Part shown: positions 63,573-64,000 of the stretch, one piece after another
How the letters are laid out: each line of letters starts with the position of its first letter
How positions within the stretch are numbered: the stretch's first letter is position 1
From: a virus
Length of the DNA stretch: 64,000 nt
Reading direction: 5' to 3' (one strand)
IMG/VR virus record: IMGVR_UViG_3300030616_000002
Span: 1 to 64,000 of that record
The notes under the pieces: generated by a model
Seen by the model: the letters and a program-made list of their open reading frames with translations, nothing else
Databases searched by the model: none
Told to the model about the DNA's origin: nothing
Made by a program: the position numbers and the translations under genes

Positions 63573-64000
63573 ATGGGCCCAGCAGAGCACAAGATGTTCC
63601 AAGCCCTAAACGGCACGTTCCCTGAAAAGATAGACTTGATCAACTCGCCGGTTGAGCGCAAGCTACACTTGGGCTCCGGCGTTGAGGTTGACCCGAAGTG
63701 GACCAACATTGATCGGTCGTACGCAAAGCCGCTGCCGAAACAGGGCAAGCAAGTACAGCTTGACATCTTGCGCCTGAATGAACACTACAAGCCGGGCTCC
63801 GCGGATTTGATCTTGAGCCATCATGTTGTCGAACACCTGAGTTACCGGGTTGTGCTAGACGCGATCAAGCAGTGGGCCGAAATTCTAGCCCCGGGCGGCT
63901 GTATGTATATCTGCGTGCCTGAGGTAGCATGGGCTATTGACTGCGCGCGCGGCGGGCCTCACTGGGCCCTACAGCCCGACTATAGGCGCGGCAAGTTCGA
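63573..64000 (+). CDS. class I SAM-dependent methyltransferase (partial, runs off window end)
   Basis: Own translation: MGPAEHKMFQALNG...LHLGSGVEVDPKWTNID...ADLILSHHVVEHL...LAPGGCMYI. Methyltransf_11-like pattern. Confidence 0.6.
   Translation, partial: MGPAEHKMFQALNGTFPEKIDLINSPVERKLHLGSGVEVDPKWTNIDRSYAKPLPKQGKQVQLDILRLNEHYKPGSADLILSHHVVEHLSYRVVLDAIKQWAEILAPGGCMYICVPEVAWAIDCARGGPHWALQPDYRRGKF

Overview
The window reads as one contiguous stretch of a GC-rich tailed dsDNA phage or prophage genome. All product calls come from motifs I recognised by eye, not from database searches. A short minus-strand block (1-1797) meets a long plus-strand array at a divergent control region (1800-2090). The rest is almost entirely plus-strand and very tightly packed, with dozens of ATGA/GTGA stop-start overlaps.

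Modules I can recognise:
- Replication (2.4-8.5 kb): replisome-organizer-like protein, DnaB helicase, ParB-like protein, PAPS-reductase-like PP-loop enzyme.
- A long run of small ORFs (8.5-27 kb), which also contains MazG-like, radical SAM, UDP-glucuronate decarboxylase, RecU-like and proteasome-type Ntn peptidase genes.
- Packaging and head genes: small and large terminase, portal, a second ParB-like protein, head morphogenesis protein (27.6-34.4 kb).
- Two adjacent tRNA-Ser genes (39.0-39.2 kb) and a DnaN sliding clamp (41.2-42.3 kb).
- A DNA methyltransferase broken up by two HNH endonuclease insertions (44.5-47.2 kb).
- A second methyltransferase frameshifted at a G11 tract (49.7-50.4 kb).
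- Protease/scaffold and major capsid genes (51.0-53.9 kb).
- A glycan-modification island running off the window end (55.7-64.0 kb): GT2+GT4 fusion, CgeB-like GT, five sulfotransferase paralogs, two SAM methyltransferases.

The most unusual sequence-level signals:
- A 12-17 nt start-associated sequence (GAGGAGGTGGACCGTG) present 12 times at gene junctions.
- A 12-bp palindrome (TGCAAATTTGCA) present 5 times.
- A promoter family with an A-tract, a -35 box and a CTAG-repeat leader.
- Repeated elements upstream of the structural genes.

No integrase, CRISPR array, tail genes or lysis enzymes were recognised in the window.
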